Shown piece by piece: positions 62,171 to 64,000 of a DNA stretch of 64,000 nucleotides. Position 1 is the first letter of the stretch. Every line of letters starts with the position of its first letter. Both the position numbers and the translations under genes were made by a program. Location: NCBI RefSeq assembly GCF_036321535.1, contig NC_087436.1, forward strand, positions 54,686,001-54,750,000. Reading direction: 5' to 3'. A model generated the notes under the pieces. It searched no databases. It was not told where the DNA came from and was given only the letters and a program-made list of their open reading frames with translations. The DNA is from Camelus dromedarius. Its lineage: Eukaryota.

Positions 62171-64000
62171 TGGGCGTACCTTGGAGATATTGCAGGTTTG
62201 GTTCCAGACTACTGCAATAAAACAAGTATCACAATAAAGCAAGTTACATTAATTGTTTGGTTTCCCAGTGCATAGAAAAGTTATACTGTAGTCTACTACG
62301 TGTGCAATAGTGTTATGTCTGAAAAAAAATGTACATACAATAATTAAACATACTTTATTGCTAGAAACTGCTAACCATCGTCTGAGCCTTAAGCAAGTCA
62401 TAATCTTTTTGCTTGTGGAGTATCTTGCCTTGATATTGATGGCTGCTGAGTGAACAGGGTGATGACTGCTGAAGGTTAGGGTGGTGGTGGCAATTTCTTA
62501 AAATAAGACAATGAAGTCTGCCTTATTGACTGAGTCTTTCATGAATGATTTCTCTGTAGTATGCAGCAGAACTTTCCTCAAAATTGGAGTCAATCCTTTC
62601 AAACCCTGCCACTGCTTTATCAACTAACTTTATGTAATATTCAAAATCCTTCATTGTCATTTCAACAAGTTTTATAACATCTTCACCAGGAGTAGATTCC
62701 ATCTTAAGTAACCACTTTCTTTGCTCATTCATAAGAAGCAACTCTTTAGCTGTTAAAGTTTTATCATAAGATTGTAGCAATTCAGACACATCTTCAGGCT
62801 CTACTTCTAATTCTAGTTCTCATGCTATTTCCACTACATTTGCAATTCCTTCCTCAACTGAATTCTTGCCTCAGAGTCATCCTTGAGGGCTGAAATCAAC
62901 ATCTTCCAAACTCCTATTAATGTTGGTATTTTAACTTCCTCCCATGAACCATCAGGGTTCTTAAGCATCAAGAATAGAGAATCCTCTCTAGAAGGCTTTC
63001 AATTGACTTTGCCTAGATCCACCAGAGGAATCACTATCTTTGGCAGCTATGTCCTTACAAAATGTATTTCTTAAATAATAATACTTGAAAGCTGAAAGAC
63101 TCCTTGATCTACTGGTTGAAGAATGGATGTTGAGTTAGCAAGAGTGAAAACAACATTAATCTCTTTTTTTCTTTTTAACATTTTTTTATTGACTTATAAT
63201 AATTTTACAATGTTGTGTCAAATTCCTGTGTAGAGCCCAGTTTTTCAATTATTACATGAACATATATATATTCATTGTCACATTTTTTCTCTGTGAGCTA
63301 CCATAAGATCTTGTATATATTTCTCTGTGCTATACAGTATAATCTTGTTTATCTATTCTACATTTTGAAATCCCAGTCTAACCCTTCCCATCTCCCGCCC
63401 CCTTGGCAACCACAAGTTTGTATTCTATGTCTATGAGTCTGTTTCTGTTTTGTATTTCTGTTTTGTTTGTTTTGTTTGTTTGTTTTTGTTTTTTTTAGAT
63501 TCCACATATGAGCGATCTCATATGGTATTTTTCTTTCTCTTTCTGGCTTACTTCACTTAGAATGACATTCTCCAGGAGCATCCATGTTGCTGCAAATGGT
63601 GTTATGTTGTCAGTTTTTATGGCTGAATAGTATTCCATTGTATAAATATACCACATCTTCTTTATCCAATCAAAACAACATTAATCTTGTTGTACATCTC
63701 CATCAGAGATCTTGGATGACCAAGTGCATTGAATAGTAACATTTTGAAAGGAATCTTTTTTTTTTTTTTTTCTGAGCAGTAGATCTCAGCTGGAGGCCTA
63801 AAATATTCAGTAAACCATGTTGCAAATACATGTGTTGTCATCCAGGCTTTGTGGTTCCATTTATAGAGCACAGGAGAGTCATTTAGCATAATTTTTAAGG
63901 GAAATTCTTAGGATTTTCAAAATGGTGAATGATCATCAGCTTCAATTTAAACTCACCAACTGCATTAACAAGAGAGGCAGCCTGTTCTTTGAAGCTTTAA
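62171..64000 (-). mobile_element. Tigger1 DNA transposon (runs off the window end), degraded pogo-type transposase
   Basis: Terminus ggcgtaccttggagatattgcaggtttggttccagac. ORF fragments [28 protein letters not shown] (62523-62789) and [22 protein letters not shown] (63662-63889). Confidence 0.93.
63163..63671 (-). mobile_element. Young 5'-truncated L1 3' end inserted in Tigger1
   Basis: T-rich tail plus L1 3' UTR, homologous to 57910-58280 and 59114-59391. Perfect 16-bp TSD aaaacaacattaatct (63147-63162 / 63672-63687). Confidence 0.95.

Noticed and set aside
62523..63889. Domesticated TIGD/CENP-B-like gene
   Set aside because: The transposase is fragmented by stops, deletions and an L1 insertion, and sits next to a Tigger1 terminus, so it is an ordinary fossil copy.
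1..64000. CRISPR arrays, operons or other prokaryotic-type systems
   Set aside because: The sequence is clearly mammalian, with no regularly spaced repeat-spacer array and no gene-dense region.

Overview
AT-rich mammalian non-coding DNA (intergenic or deep intronic). It is most likely camelid, judged from a Vic-1-like tRNA-derived SINE, camelid-type L1 3' UTRs and no recognisable BovB/Bov-tA or Alu. I can support no host protein-coding gene and no functional RNA gene. The only ORFs with recognisable homology are broken L1 ORF2 and Tigger1 transposase fragments. The window is a layered record of transposons: ancient L2, MIR, L1ME, hAT MITEs, MaLR and ERV1 solo LTRs, Tigger1, and younger L1s with readable target-site duplications (TSDs). 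The best observation is a TSD-bounded L1 insertion (25115-27725) whose 5' end is a copy of the 37-nt 5' exon of tRNA-Tyr(GTA), joined to L1 ORF2 at or within 3 nt of the tRNA splice site, i.e. a tRNA-half/L1 chimera. Also present are a short L1 3' transduction, a twin-primed inverted L1, a composite nested L1 insertion and several repeat-poor candidate regulatory blocks. Repeat family names come from remembered consensus sequences, not a database search. Boundaries without TSDs are approximate.
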